The notes under the pieces: model-generated
What the model was told of the DNA's origin: nothing
The model's database searches: none
The model's input: only the letters and a program-made list of their open reading frames with translations
Program-made: the position numbers and the translations under genes
Source of the DNA: Candidatus Baldrarchaeum yapensis
GTDB lineage: Archaea > Asgardarchaeota > Baldrarchaeia > Baldrarchaeales > Baldrarchaeaceae
Reading direction: 5' to 3'
Assembly: GCA_016840465.1 (NCBI GenBank)
Contig: JAEOSH010000014.1
Coordinates: 1-32,000, forward strand
Length of the DNA stretch: 32,000 nucleotides
Part shown: positions 15,695 through 25,144 of the stretch, one piece after another
How the letters are laid out: each line of letters opens with the position of its first letter
Position numbering within the stretch: the stretch's first letter is position 1

Positions 15695-17083
15695 ATGAGA
15701 CGAAATATATTTGTGAACAGAAGACGCGAACTGGAACTTCTAGAAAACCTCTGGCGGGGCCGGAACTTCTCACTTGTCATAATTTACGGGAGAAGGCGTG
15801 TCGGAAAAACGAGATTAATATTGGAGTTCGCAAGGGGGAAGAAATGTATCTTTTATGTGGCAGTGGAGTCATCCTATGATGCAATATGCAGGGAGTTCTC
15901 GGAATGCGCTAGAAGGACGCTGGGATTTCCAGTCTCAGGAGATATTATCGAAGTACTTGATGCGGCTCCCAACTTGACAGGGGAAAAACTGCTCGTGGTG
16001 CTCGACGAGTTCCAGTACATAGTGGAGGCGGATCCAAGCTTCCCATCGCGCCTTCAGAGACTGATAGACTCCAAACTGTCGAGACAGCAGATGATGATAA
16101 TCCTGTGCGGCTCGGCTGTGTCATTCTTCGAAGAAAAACTTCTAGGATACAAAAGTCCACTCTTCGGAAGAAGAGAAGCCTCTCTAAAACTGAGCCCGCT
16201 CAGGTTCTTCCAAATACGTGAGTTCTTCCCGAATTACCGAATCGATGAGCTAATAACAGTATATGGAGCAGTAGGCGGAACCCCCGCGTACCTCCTAAAA
16301 CTGGACCCCTCCAAGAGCGTCACCGACAACATACGCTCCATAATAACTCCCGGAAGCTACCTATACGACGAGGCTCTGAACATACTACGGCAGGAGGTGA
16401 GAGAGCCAAGAACATACCTGAGCATACTGGCCGCTATCGCGGAAGGAAAAAACTCTCCCGGCGAGGTCGCGTCCGCGGCGCACGTCGACGTGAGGACAAT
16501 TACAAAGTACATCTATCTGCTGGAGGAACTCGACATCATCGAAAGGGTGCGCCCACTCGGCTCCAAAAAGCCCGTAAAGCTACGTTTTAGGGACAACTAC
16601 TTCAGGTTCTGGTTCAGATACGTTTACAAATTGAGATCGTTGCTGGAGACGGGCCTCGTCGAGGAAGCCCTCTCCCACATAACGGAGTCCCTCAACCAAT
16701 ACCTCTCACAGGTATTTGAGGGCGTGGTCGCCGAACTAGTGCCGCTCATGTACAAGGTGGGAGCCCTGAAGACGAGACCCGTAGAGGTCGGAACCTGGTG
16801 GTACAAGGACATGGAGATAGACCTGATCGCCCGAGACCCCGGAAAATCTTCAACATTTGTCGAGGTAAAGTGGCGTGAAATGGACCTCAAAAGCGCTATT
16901 GGCACGCTAAAGGATCTAGAACGGAAGGCCGCGCGTAGCGGACTTTCATCCCCGGAAAACGAGTACGTGCTCGTAATCAGAAGGTTAAAAGGTGAAGAAA
17001 CACCAACCGAGCCGGATGAGCACCGCAGGATCCTAGATCTACAAGCAATAGAGAGAATTATCGAGGACAATAGAAGAAAATGA
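15695..17083 (+). CDS. Archaeal ATPase with winged helix and C-terminal DUF234/PD-(D/E)XK-like domain
   Basis: YGRRRVGKT (Walker A), LDEFQY (Walker B), SPLFGR, GGTPAYL, DNYFRFWFRYV, WWYKDMEIDLIA..FVEVKW. Confidence 0.92.
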   Translation: MRRNIFVNRRRELELLENLWRGRNFSLVIIYGRRRVGKTRLILEFARGKKCIFYVAVESSYDAICREFSECARRTLGFPVSGDIIEVLDAAPNLTGEKLLVVLDEFQYIVEADPSFPSRLQRLIDSKLSRQQMMIILCGSAVSFFEEKLLGYKSPLFGRREASLKLSPLRFFQIREFFPNYRIDELITVYGAVGGTPAYLLKLDPSKSVTDNIRSIITPGSYLYDEALNILRQEVREPRTYLSILAAIAEGKNSPGEVASAAHVDVRTITKYIYLLEELDIIERVRPLGSKKPVKLRFRDNYFRFWFRYVYKLRSLLETGLVEEALSHITESLNQYLSQVFEGVVAELVPLMYKVGALKTRPVEVGTWWYKDMEIDLIARDPGKSSTFVEVKWREMDLKSAIGTLKDLERKAARSGLSSPENEYVLVIRRLKGEETPTEPDEHRRILDLQAIERIIEDNRRK

Positions 17084-17094
17084 GAGAAAGGTAC

Positions 17095-18198
17095 CTAGGT
17101 AACCACGCTGCCGAGCGCCTCTTTCTCTATAGCCTCCCGTATCTCTATCGCTATCCTCCGCCCCATGCTGATCGGCTCACCAAAGTAAAACTTGCTGTAC
17201 TGACTGCCAACGCCCGCGTAGATGTTGGTGCCCCCACCGATCCGAAACGCCACGTCCACAACGTAGATCTTCAAATCGGAAGTAACTATCGATTGAAGGG
17301 TAAACGGACCAATTATCCCGGGAGGATACAACTCCTTAGCCGCCCTCACAAACGCATCCCCCATCTCGAAAACCTTCTGGAGTTGCGACTCCCTTATCGT
17401 CGCCGGCATGTGCCCTATCTCCACATTACGCACAACCACGTCCAAGTCCATCTGGATGAACGCTGGCAACCTGACGAGCCCGTGAACGTTCGTCTGCAAC
17501 CTCCTATCTATCCCGTGAAACTCAACATCGCCTCTCACAACCGAGTGGAAATAATTGAAGTTGAAATCGACACCCACCACAAACTCCTCTATCGACGCCC
17601 TCCTCAACTCCTCCTCTTCCAGTAAACCCCTCTCCATGAAGTCCCTCGCCTTCCTCCAGAAGTCCTTCGAATTCCTCGCAATGAAGAACGCCCTCTCCAC
17701 AGAACCGGCCGCCATGGCCTTCACGATGACCGGTCTGTCTATCTCATCGGGAGACTTGAAGGTCTTGGGCCTGAGAATTCCGGCAGCATCAAGTATCTTG
17801 TAGTAGTTGACTTCCCCGTACCTCTCCTCCGCCCTCAATAACTGACGAGACCCGAAAATCGGAACGTAGAACTCCTCCTCTATGCTCTCGTACCCGACGT
17901 ACACAGAAAAACTTCTGTTCGGAACGAAAATCGTGTTCAGCTTCCTCAACTTGTCCTGAACGTTCTCCCTTATAATGTCCCGGAACCTCTCCAAAACTAT
18001 GACCTCGTCCGCAAGCCTCCTAAACCTGAGGTACGGAAGCTCCCTCCCCTTCTGGCAAATAACAACAGTCTTGAAACCCTCGTCCTTCGCTCCGTCCAGA
18101 ACGTCGAGCGCCGAGTGGCTTCCCAGCACCCCTATGTGTATGTTCTCCCAATCGTATTCCTTCTCCACAAGGGCCGCCATCTCACGGGGGGAAATCAT
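17095..18198 (-). CDS. PurP-like ATP-grasp formate ligase, divergent paralog
   Basis: GVLGSHSALDVLDGAKDEGF, VPNRSF (where canonical PurP has PHGSF), VERAFF, RRLQTNVHG, IRESQL, GPFTLQ, RIGGGTN, ISMGRRIA. Confidence 0.88.
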   Translation of the reverse strand: MISPREMAALVEKEYDWENIHIGVLGSHSALDVLDGAKDEGFKTVVICQKGRELPYLRFRRLADEVIVLERFRDIIRENVQDKLRKLNTIFVPNRSFSVYVGYESIEEEFYVPIFGSRQLLRAEERYGEVNYYKILDAAGILRPKTFKSPDEIDRPVIVKAMAAGSVERAFFIARNSKDFWRKARDFMERGLLEEEELRRASIEEFVVGVDFNFNYFHSVVRGDVEFHGIDRRLQTNVHGLVRLPAFIQMDLDVVVRNVEIGHMPATIRESQLQKVFEMGDAFVRAAKELYPPGIIGPFTLQSIVTSDLKIYVVDVAFRIGGGTNIYAGVGSQYSKFYFGEPISMGRRIAIEIREAIEKEALGSVVT

Positions 18199-18207
18199 AA
18201 AACCACC

Positions 18208-19227
18208 TCACGTGAGCACCTTATCGAGCATCCCATGCTCCTCCGCCATCCTTATCTCGCGCGCAATCCTCCGGCCCATGCTCATCGGCTCATCAAAATA
18301 CAGCCAACTGTAGGGGGAACCGTTGATATAAAGGTTGGTGCCCGCAACTATCCTGCCTGAAAACTCAAAAATAACAATTTCGAGATCGCTCCGGCATACT
18401 CCCTCCAGACAGAAGGGACCAATAACGCCCGGCGGCACAAGTTCCTCTGCTGCCCTTACAAATCCTTCGCCGTACTCGAACACCTTTACGAGGAGGGACT
18501 CCCGAACGACAAGAGGTATGTTTCCGACAACCGTAAAGGTGGGCTCACTCAAACTATCGGCATACGGAACGGGCACCCTTCTCAGCCCATCCACATCACT
18601 CTCATACCTTATATCGCACCCTAAAAGCTCTAGGCGTTTCATAACAACCGAGTTAAAGTACTGAAAATACATGGGCGTGCCAATCACAAACTCCTGAATT
18701 ATGCACTCATCCGGCGAAATGCCAAGACTTTTGCACTTCGAAATAACCTCCTCCGGAGACCTCGCAAGAAAGTATCCTCGCCCACCTTTCGCCCCGTGCA
18801 TCTTAACAATTACGAGCCGGTCCACCTCCTCCGGAGACCTAAAAACCCTGGGCACCTTCACACCAGATCGCTCCAGCATTCTCATCTTGAGAAACTGATC
18901 CGCCTCCCAAATCATAAGCCGCCTGTTACCGAAGATCGGAACATCCAACCTCTCAAGACCTTCAACACCAATGTACTCAACAAAACTGCCATGCGGAACT
19001 ATAACTGCGCCCTCCTCGTTTAACCTCCTGATGGCCTCATCGCTGCAAACGTCCCCCATCCCATCAATCAACACAATATCGTCAATGAAGTTCAAAAATC
19101 GAGAATACAGCGAAACTCTATCCCTAGGACACAAAACTATGGTCTTAAAGCCCTCACTCTTCGCACCCCTCAGTATCTGCAATGCACTGTGGCTCGCAAT
19201 CGTCGCAATACTCCGCACTTCCCGCAT
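18208..19227 (-). CDS. purP: FAICAR synthetase (formate-dependent AICAR formylation)
   Basis: ATIASHSALQIL, VPHGSFVEY, GAKGGRGYF, RYESDVDG, GNIPLVVRESLL, GPFCLE, RIVAGTN, MSMGRRIAREI. Confidence 0.92.
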   Translation of the reverse strand: MREVRSIATIASHSALQILRGAKSEGFKTIVLCPRDRVSLYSRFLNFIDDIVLIDGMGDVCSDEAIRRLNEEGAVIVPHGSFVEYIGVEGLERLDVPIFGNRRLMIWEADQFLKMRMLERSGVKVPRVFRSPEEVDRLVIVKMHGAKGGRGYFLARSPEEVISKCKSLGISPDECIIQEFVIGTPMYFQYFNSVVMKRLELLGCDIRYESDVDGLRRVPVPYADSLSEPTFTVVGNIPLVVRESLLVKVFEYGEGFVRAAEELVPPGVIGPFCLEGVCRSDLEIVIFEFSGRIVAGTNLYINGSPYSWLYFDEPMSMGRRIAREIRMAEEHGMLDKVLT

Positions 19228-19759
19228 AACTTACACCTTTTTCTTATTGCCACCGCACGCAAATTTAAACTTTTGTGATAACATACGCTCAATAACAACA
19301 CGAAAGTTGCTAAAATTATGCGTAAAAAGAAGAACACCCTTATCCTCTTTATCCTCACCTCACGACCACAGTGCCAAAAACAACAAAAGTATTGTTTCGA
19401 TGCTGATAAACAATCTCCAAAGCTATTTGTCGAAAAATTGATAATTTTGAATTTTCATGCGTAATACCACTTCCAAGAAGAAATAAATAAATAGATAATC
19501 GATTCTGTCACTTTTTATCACACTCCCAGCGTTAAAGAATTTCATCAGCACACTTGCGAAGATAAACAGTCCATATGTAATGATGTACCGCCTTAAATAT
19601 TATCTAGATCATTAGCACTTAACAACGGAATTTTTCGTCAAAAATTATTAGAATAAATGAAATTGTCAAACACGTCTTCAACAAATATATGCTAAATTTA
19701 TCACATATTGGTCCCTCATTTTTTATACTTTTATGTGTACTGGTTCTAGGGTGTGAGCA

Positions 19760-20518
19760 GTGCGCCCGAAAGTATTACAGTTGATAACTGAAGGCAAGAC
19801 CAAAAAGGTGTGGGAAACCGAAAATCCCGATCTTGTCATCTTGGAATTCAAAGACGATATCACTGCGTTTGATGGAGCAAAGCATGATGTCATCAGCGGA
19901 AAAGGCGCAATAAACGCCGCAATTTCAGCCAAAATTTTCGAACATCTGAACAAAAACGGAATTCCAACACATTTTGTCGAGTTTGTGGCACCCCGCTACC
20001 ACGTCGTAAGACGACTAGAAATGATACCACTCGAGGTGGTATGCCGAAACATAGCCACCGGGCACCTCGTGAAAAGACTACCCATGATAAAGGACGGAAC
20101 GCGCCTCGAGTTCCCGGTACTGGAGTTCTACCTCAAAGATGACAAACTCCACGACCCCCTCATAAACGACCACCACGTCGTCCTGCTAAAGCTGGCATCT
20201 TGGAAGGAAATAGAAGAAATGAAAAAGATAACACTCCGGGTAAATGAAGTGTTGCGCACGTTCTTCGAGGAAAGAGGGCTTATTCTCGTAGACTTCAAAC
20301 TCGAGTTCGGAAGAGACCGCAATGGAAAACTCCTCGTGGGCGACGAACTGAACGGAGATGCAATGCGGATCTGGGACATGTACACCGGGAAGATACTCGA
20401 TAAGGACGTGTACCGGAAGGGATACCCCCTCGACGAAGTGCTCGTGCGATACCGCGAATTTTACAGGAGAGTGGTGGGCGCAGACTTTCCGGGGGAGGAA
20501 GTATGCCTCGCTACATAG
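19760..20518 (+). CDS. purC: SAICAR synthetase
   Basis: EGKTKKVW, FKDDITAFDG, MIPLEVVCRN, EFYLKDDKLHDP, LVDFKLEFG, GDELNGDAMRIWD, DKDVYR. Confidence 0.97.
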   Translation: MRPKVLQLITEGKTKKVWETENPDLVILEFKDDITAFDGAKHDVISGKGAINAAISAKIFEHLNKNGIPTHFVEFVAPRYHVVRRLEMIPLEVVCRNIATGHLVKRLPMIKDGTRLEFPVLEFYLKDDKLHDPLINDHHVVLLKLASWKEIEEMKKITLRVNEVLRTFFEERGLILVDFKLEFGRDRNGKLLVGDELNGDAMRIWDMYTGKILDKDVYRKGYPLDEVLVRYREFYRRVVGADFPGEEVCLAT

Positions 20519-20769
20519 TCGAGGTCCTCATTGAAAACAAGAAGACAATACGGGATCCCGAGGGCGAAACCATCTGCCGGGAACTCATCAATAAGGGAGG
20601 ATACGACAGCATAAAGTCCGTAAGGGTCGGCAAACTCCTGAGGATGGAAGTCGAGGGATCCAGCGAGGAGGAAGTGAAGGAACTCGTGACCAGAATGTGC
20701 AACGACCTCAGAATCTACAACCCCGTCGTCCACTCCTATAGGGTGGAAATCAGAGGGATCACACGGTGA
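20503..20769 (+). CDS. purS: FGAM synthetase subunit PurS
   Basis: RDPEGETI, VRVGKLL, IYNPVVHSY. Lies between purC and purQ with overlapping ends. Confidence 0.95.
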   Translation: MPRYIVEVLIENKKTIRDPEGETICRELINKGGYDSIKSVRVGKLLRMEVEGSSEEEVKELVTRMCNDLRIYNPVVHSYRVEIRGITR

Positions 20770-21470
20770 GAGTCGCCGTTATCCGGTTTCCCGGATCAAA
20801 CTGCGACCTGGACACAGTATTCGTCCTCAGGAAGGTAATAGGCGTGAAAGCCGACCTCGTGTGGCACAAGAACTTCAAAGGAGACTACGACGCAGTGATA
20901 CTGCCAGGCGGTTTCTCGTACGGGGATTACCTGCGTGCGGGAATCATCGCGGCCCACAGCCCCGCAATGAAGTACGTCAAGGAAATGGCGCGTGAGGGAC
21001 TACCGGTTCTGGGCATCTGCAATGGATTCCAAATACTGATAGAGGCGGGACTTCTCCCGGGAGCGCTGATAAGAAACACGACACTGAAGTTCATATGCAA
21101 ATGGGTTTTCCTGAAGGTCAAAACCACGCGCACCGCCTTCTCCAACCTCATGAAAAGAGAGCAGGTTCTGAAGATGCCGATCGCGCACAACGAGGGGAGG
21201 TACTTCATAGACGAGAAGGGGCTGAGGGAACTCATGGAGAACGACCAGATAGTCTTCACATACGTTGATGGGGAGGGCAACGAGACCCCGAACGCGAACC
21301 CCAACGGTTCCGTTGCAAACATCGCCGGGGTCTGCAATCTAGAGGGAAACGTCGTAGGGCTGATGCCACACCCCGAAAGGGCCTCGGAAGCCATCCTGAG
21401 CCCCTACGGAAGCGACGACGGAAAACTTCTGTTCCTTTCCATGAAAAACTTTCTCGAGAGGTGGATGTGA
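20766..21470 (+). CDS. purQ: FGAM synthetase glutaminase subunit
   Basis: FPGSNCD, LPGGFSYGDYLRAG, LGICNGFQIL, PIAHNEGRY, GLMPHPERA. Confidence 0.97.
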   Translation: MRVAVIRFPGSNCDLDTVFVLRKVIGVKADLVWHKNFKGDYDAVILPGGFSYGDYLRAGIIAAHSPAMKYVKEMAREGLPVLGICNGFQILIEAGLLPGALIRNTTLKFICKWVFLKVKTTRTAFSNLMKREQVLKMPIAHNEGRYFIDEKGLRELMENDQIVFTYVDGEGNETPNANPNGSVANIAGVCNLEGNVVGLMPHPERASEAILSPYGSDDGKLLFLSMKNFLERWM

Positions 21471-23710
21471 TGATAGTAGAGCGGCCCGACATGCAGGTTA
21501 AGGTCAACCTCACAAGGGAGGAGCTGGAAAAGGCAAAAGAGATGCTCGGGCGGGAACCCAACATTGTCGAACTCGGAATGATAGACATCATGTGGAGCGA
21601 ACACTGCTCCTACAAGTCCTCCCGGGAAGTCCTGAAAATCCTGCCTAGGGAGGGGGAACACGTAATCATAGGGCCGGGACAGGACGCCGGCGTCGTGGAT
21701 ATAGGAAACGGGCTCGCGGTAGTTTTCAAGATAGAATCTCACAACCACCCCTCTGCGGTGGACCCCTACAACGGAGCCGCAACCGGAGTTGGAGGAATAA
21801 TAAGGGACATCCTCTGCATGGGCGCCCGCCCCATCGCCCTCGTCGACTCCCTCAGGTTCGGATTCCCCTCCAGCCCCCACGCCAGGTGGCTGTTCAGATA
21901 CGTCGTTAAGGGAATCGCAGATTACGGAAACTGCACCGGGATTCCAACGGTAGCAGGTCAGGTGGAGTTTGACCCCTCCTTCGAGAGAAATTGCCTTGTC
22001 AACGTCGGCTGCGTGGGAATTGCAAGGAAAGACAGAATAATGCCAAGCGTTGCCTCAAACCCTGGGGACGTCCTCGTCCTCGTCGGGGGCTCCACCGGAA
22101 GAGATGGAATCCACGGCGTCACCTTCGCATCCAAAACCCTCAGCGAAAAATCCGAGGAGGAGAGGTCCTCCGTACAAATAGGAGATCCCTTCATGAAAAA
22201 ACTGGTGATCGAGGCGACGCTGGAGGCCGTGGAGACGGGATATGTAAGGGGACTGAAGGATCTGGGAGGCGGAGGACTGACGTGCGCAACTTCCGAGATG
22301 GCCGCAAAGGGCGGAACCGGGGTGGAAATAGAACTTTCTAAGGTCCACCTCAGAGAGGAGGGAATGACCCCCTACGAGATAATGCTGAGCGAGTCGCAGG
22401 AGCGCATGCTCTTCGTTGTAGATCCAAAAGGTCTCGATAAAGTACTGTCGGTGTTCGAAAAGTACGAGATTCCGTACTCAATAATAGGAAGAGTCACCGA
22501 CACCAGAGAGGTCGTCGTCAAACTGAACGGAAAAGTGGTGGCGCGGGTTCCGGCAAAGCTACTTGCCGAAGCCCCCCTTGCAAAGCGCACATCTAAAAAG
22601 CCAGCATACGTCGAGAAGTTGCGTGACATACCACCTCCGCCAATGCCGGAAAACCTCGAAGAAACCCTTCCTCAACTCCTCTCATCACCTAACATTGCAA
22701 GTAAGGAGTGGGTATACCAGCAGTACGACCACGAGGTCGGAATAAGAACCGTAGTAAAGCCGGGACAGGCAGATGCAGCCGTCCTCAGAATCATAGAGGA
22801 AGATGGAGGAAACAGGGGAATCGCAATAAAGGCTGACTGCAACTCGAGGCATATGTATCTGGATCCGTTCAACGGCGCCGCCGGTGCTCTGGCAGAATGC
22901 TGCAGGAATATAGTTGCAGTTGGAGGAAAACCACTGGCCTTTGTCGACTGCGCAAACTTTGGCAACCCCGAAAAACCCGAAATATTCTGGCAGTTCGAAA
23001 TGGCAATCAAGGGTCTCGCATACATGGCCCGAGGTCTGGGAATACCATGCGTGGGCGGAAATGTCAGCTTCTACAATGAAGATGAAACCACAGGGAGGGC
23101 GGTGAAACCGAGCACCGAGGTCCTAGCAATCGGGCTGGTTGAGGACCTCAAACACGTGACAACAATGGCATTCAAATCTGCGGGAGACGTAATCGTCGTG
23201 GTGGGTAAGACCTTCAGAGAGGTGGGCGGATCGGAATACTACTACATAGTCCACGGGATAGAGGGAGGAAAAGTACCCGCTGCCGATCCGAATAGGGAGA
23301 AGTCCTCCATGAACGCCGTTTTGGAGGGAATAAGGCGCGGATACGTCACCGCTGCTCATGACATTTCGAGAGGGGGATTTGCGGTCGCGCTCGCAGAAAT
23401 GGCAATCCAAGGAGGAAGAGGAGCGGAGGTCTTCTTGGACAATATGCCGCGGGAACCCATGCGCATCGACGAACTCCTCTACTCGGAGAGCAACGCAAGA
23501 TTCATCATCACGGTCGAGGAAAAAAACCTCGATAACTTCATATCACTATGCCGCAACACCGGCGCACCCTTCGGGATAATTGGAAGGGTTTCGAGAAGTA
23601 ACAGGCTCATTCTCAGGTACGAGAGCCTTGTTCTCGAGTATGATGTCCACCACCTGGAGAAAGCTTGGAAGATGCCAATATGGGAGTACATGGAGGGGCT
23701 GCGCTCGTGA
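21470..23710 (+). CDS. purL: FGAM synthetase large subunit (small-type PurL)
   Basis: MWSEHCSYKSS, KIESHNHPSAVDPYNGAATGVGG, DLGGGGL, MLSESQERM, WVYQQYDH, GGNVSFYNE. ATG overlaps the purQ TGA (TGATG). Confidence 0.97.
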   Translation: MIVERPDMQVKVNLTREELEKAKEMLGREPNIVELGMIDIMWSEHCSYKSSREVLKILPREGEHVIIGPGQDAGVVDIGNGLAVVFKIESHNHPSAVDPYNGAATGVGGIIRDILCMGARPIALVDSLRFGFPSSPHARWLFRYVVKGIADYGNCTGIPTVAGQVEFDPSFERNCLVNVGCVGIARKDRIMPSVASNPGDVLVLVGGSTGRDGIHGVTFASKTLSEKSEEERSSVQIGDPFMKKLVIEATLEAVETGYVRGLKDLGGGGLTCATSEMAAKGGTGVEIELSKVHLREEGMTPYEIMLSESQERMLFVVDPKGLDKVLSVFEKYEIPYSIIGRVTDTREVVVKLNGKVVARVPAKLLAEAPLAKRTSKKPAYVEKLRDIPPPPMPENLEETLPQLLSSPNIASKEWVYQQYDHEVGIRTVVKPGQADAAVLRIIEEDGGNRGIAIKADCNSRHMYLDPFNGAAGALAECCRNIVAVGGKPLAFVDCANFGNPEKPEIFWQFEMAIKGLAYMARGLGIPCVGGNVSFYNEDETTGRAVKPSTEVLAIGLVEDLKHVTTMAFKSAGDVIVVVGKTFREVGGSEYYYIVHGIEGGKVPAADPNREKSSMNAVLEGIRRGYVTAAHDISRGGFAVALAEMAIQGGRGAEVFLDNMPREPMRIDELLYSESNARFIITVEEKNLDNFISLCRNTGAPFGIIGRVSRSNRLILRYESLVLEYDVHHLEKAWKMPIWEYMEGLRS

Positions 23711-23721
23711 TTTCTAAATGC

Positions 23722-25140
23722 ATGGAGAAATGCGGCGTCATAGGAGTATATTCTAGGAACGCCGGAGACTCTCAGTGTGCCAGGAGAATATATGAGGGGC
23801 TCGTCGCACTGCAACATAGGGGGCAGGAGAGCGCGGGAATCTACATGTTTAGCGGAGATGGGAGGATAGCGGGGATCAAGGGATCGGGGCTCGTCACGGA
23901 GGTATTCAGCGCCAAGAGCCTAGAGTTGCTAAAGGGATCAGTGGGAATAGGACACGTCAGATATAGCACAACGGGTACCGGAACCACCGATGAAATCCAA
24001 CCGTTCTTCGTGAGAGAGGGAAGGTTCTCATTCGCCCTCGCGTTCAACGGGACGATTACGAACTTTGCAGAAGTGCGGAAGTGGCTCAGAAATCAAGGAT
24101 TTTACTTCAAAACCAACACGGACACCGAGGTGCTTGCAAAAACAATAGCGTTCTATCTCTCCGAAGAGGGCTATGACTACTTCGCGGCACTCGAAAGAAC
24201 CATGGAGGCGCTGGACGGGGCTTTCTCGGTAGTGCTTATCAACGAGAAGGGAGAGATGCTGGGGATGAGAGATCCCAGGGGATTCAAACCTCTGTGCCTC
24301 GGAGCAACATCGGATCCAGAAATGTACATCTTAGCTTCCGAGAGCGTCGCAATAGACGCCCTGCATGGTTTCCTCCTCGGCGACGTCTACCCAGGTGAGA
24401 TTATCAGAATATCGGACGGCGTTGTCGAACGAAAAGTTGCGTGCAAGTCAGAAAAACACTCCCACTGCATGTTCGAGTACGTCTACTTTGCAAGGGAAGA
24501 CTCCATAATCGAGGGGATCCATGTATACAATGTCAGGTGGAGACTAGGAGCTATACTCTCAGAACTGTATCCCACCGACGCAGACTACGTAATACCCGTT
24601 CCGGACACGGGAATAGTCCCCGCCATAGGATTCTCCCAAGCCTCAGGAATTCCGCTGGCTTACGGCCTCGTGAGGAACAAGTACGTTGGGCGCACGTTCA
24701 TAATGCCACAGCAACAGATGAGGGAGGGAGCGGTCCGGGTAAAACTCGGGGTCATAAGATCAGTGGTTTCGGGGAAAAGGATGGTGGTCGTCGATGACAG
24801 CATCGTCAGGGGAACCACCTCCAAGTTCATCGTAGAACTCCTGAAAAGCTTCAACGCGGCAAAGGTGCACCTCAGAATCTGCTGCCCGCCCATAGTCTCC
24901 CCGTGCTACATGGGAATAGACTTCCCATCCCATAAGGAACTCATAGCATCCAAGATGGACGTGGAAGGTGTCAGGAGGTTCATAGGAGCCGATTCCCTTG
25001 GCTACATGACAATAGACGGGCTTGTCCGCGGAATCGGACTTCCAAAGGGAGAGTTGTGTTTGGCGTGCCTCACCGGGGAATACCCGCTAAAGCGCCCGGA
25101 GGATGTCGACAAGCTGGAGGAGATATTCAAGAGGGGGTGA
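23722..25140 (+). CDS. purF: Amidophosphoribosyltransferase, catalytic Cys intact, Fe-S type
   Basis: MEK-CGVIG, LQHRGQESAG, GHVRYST, AFNG, TDTE, CMFEYVYFAR, VVDDSIVRGTT, Fe-S Cys in PCYMGID and CLAC. GTG 23707 is an alternative start. Confidence 0.96.
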   Translation: MEKCGVIGVYSRNAGDSQCARRIYEGLVALQHRGQESAGIYMFSGDGRIAGIKGSGLVTEVFSAKSLELLKGSVGIGHVRYSTTGTGTTDEIQPFFVREGRFSFALAFNGTITNFAEVRKWLRNQGFYFKTNTDTEVLAKTIAFYLSEEGYDYFAALERTMEALDGAFSVVLINEKGEMLGMRDPRGFKPLCLGATSDPEMYILASESVAIDALHGFLLGDVYPGEIIRISDGVVERKVACKSEKHSHCMFEYVYFAREDSIIEGIHVYNVRWRLGAILSELYPTDADYVIPVPDTGIVPAIGFSQASGIPLAYGLVRNKYVGRTFIMPQQQMREGAVRVKLGVIRSVVSGKRMVVVDDSIVRGTTSKFIVELLKSFNAAKVHLRICCPPIVSPCYMGIDFPSHKELIASKMDVEGVRRFIGADSLGYMTIDGLVRGIGLPKGELCLACLTGEYPLKRPEDVDKLEEIFKRG

Positions 25141-25144
25141 TGTT

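Noticed and set aside
19170-19358. 62-aa minus-strand ORF with a hydrophobic stretch and CxxC
   Set aside because: It overlaps the purP start by 58 nt and runs through the purP TATA box (TTTAAA near 19263-19268). Likely spurious.
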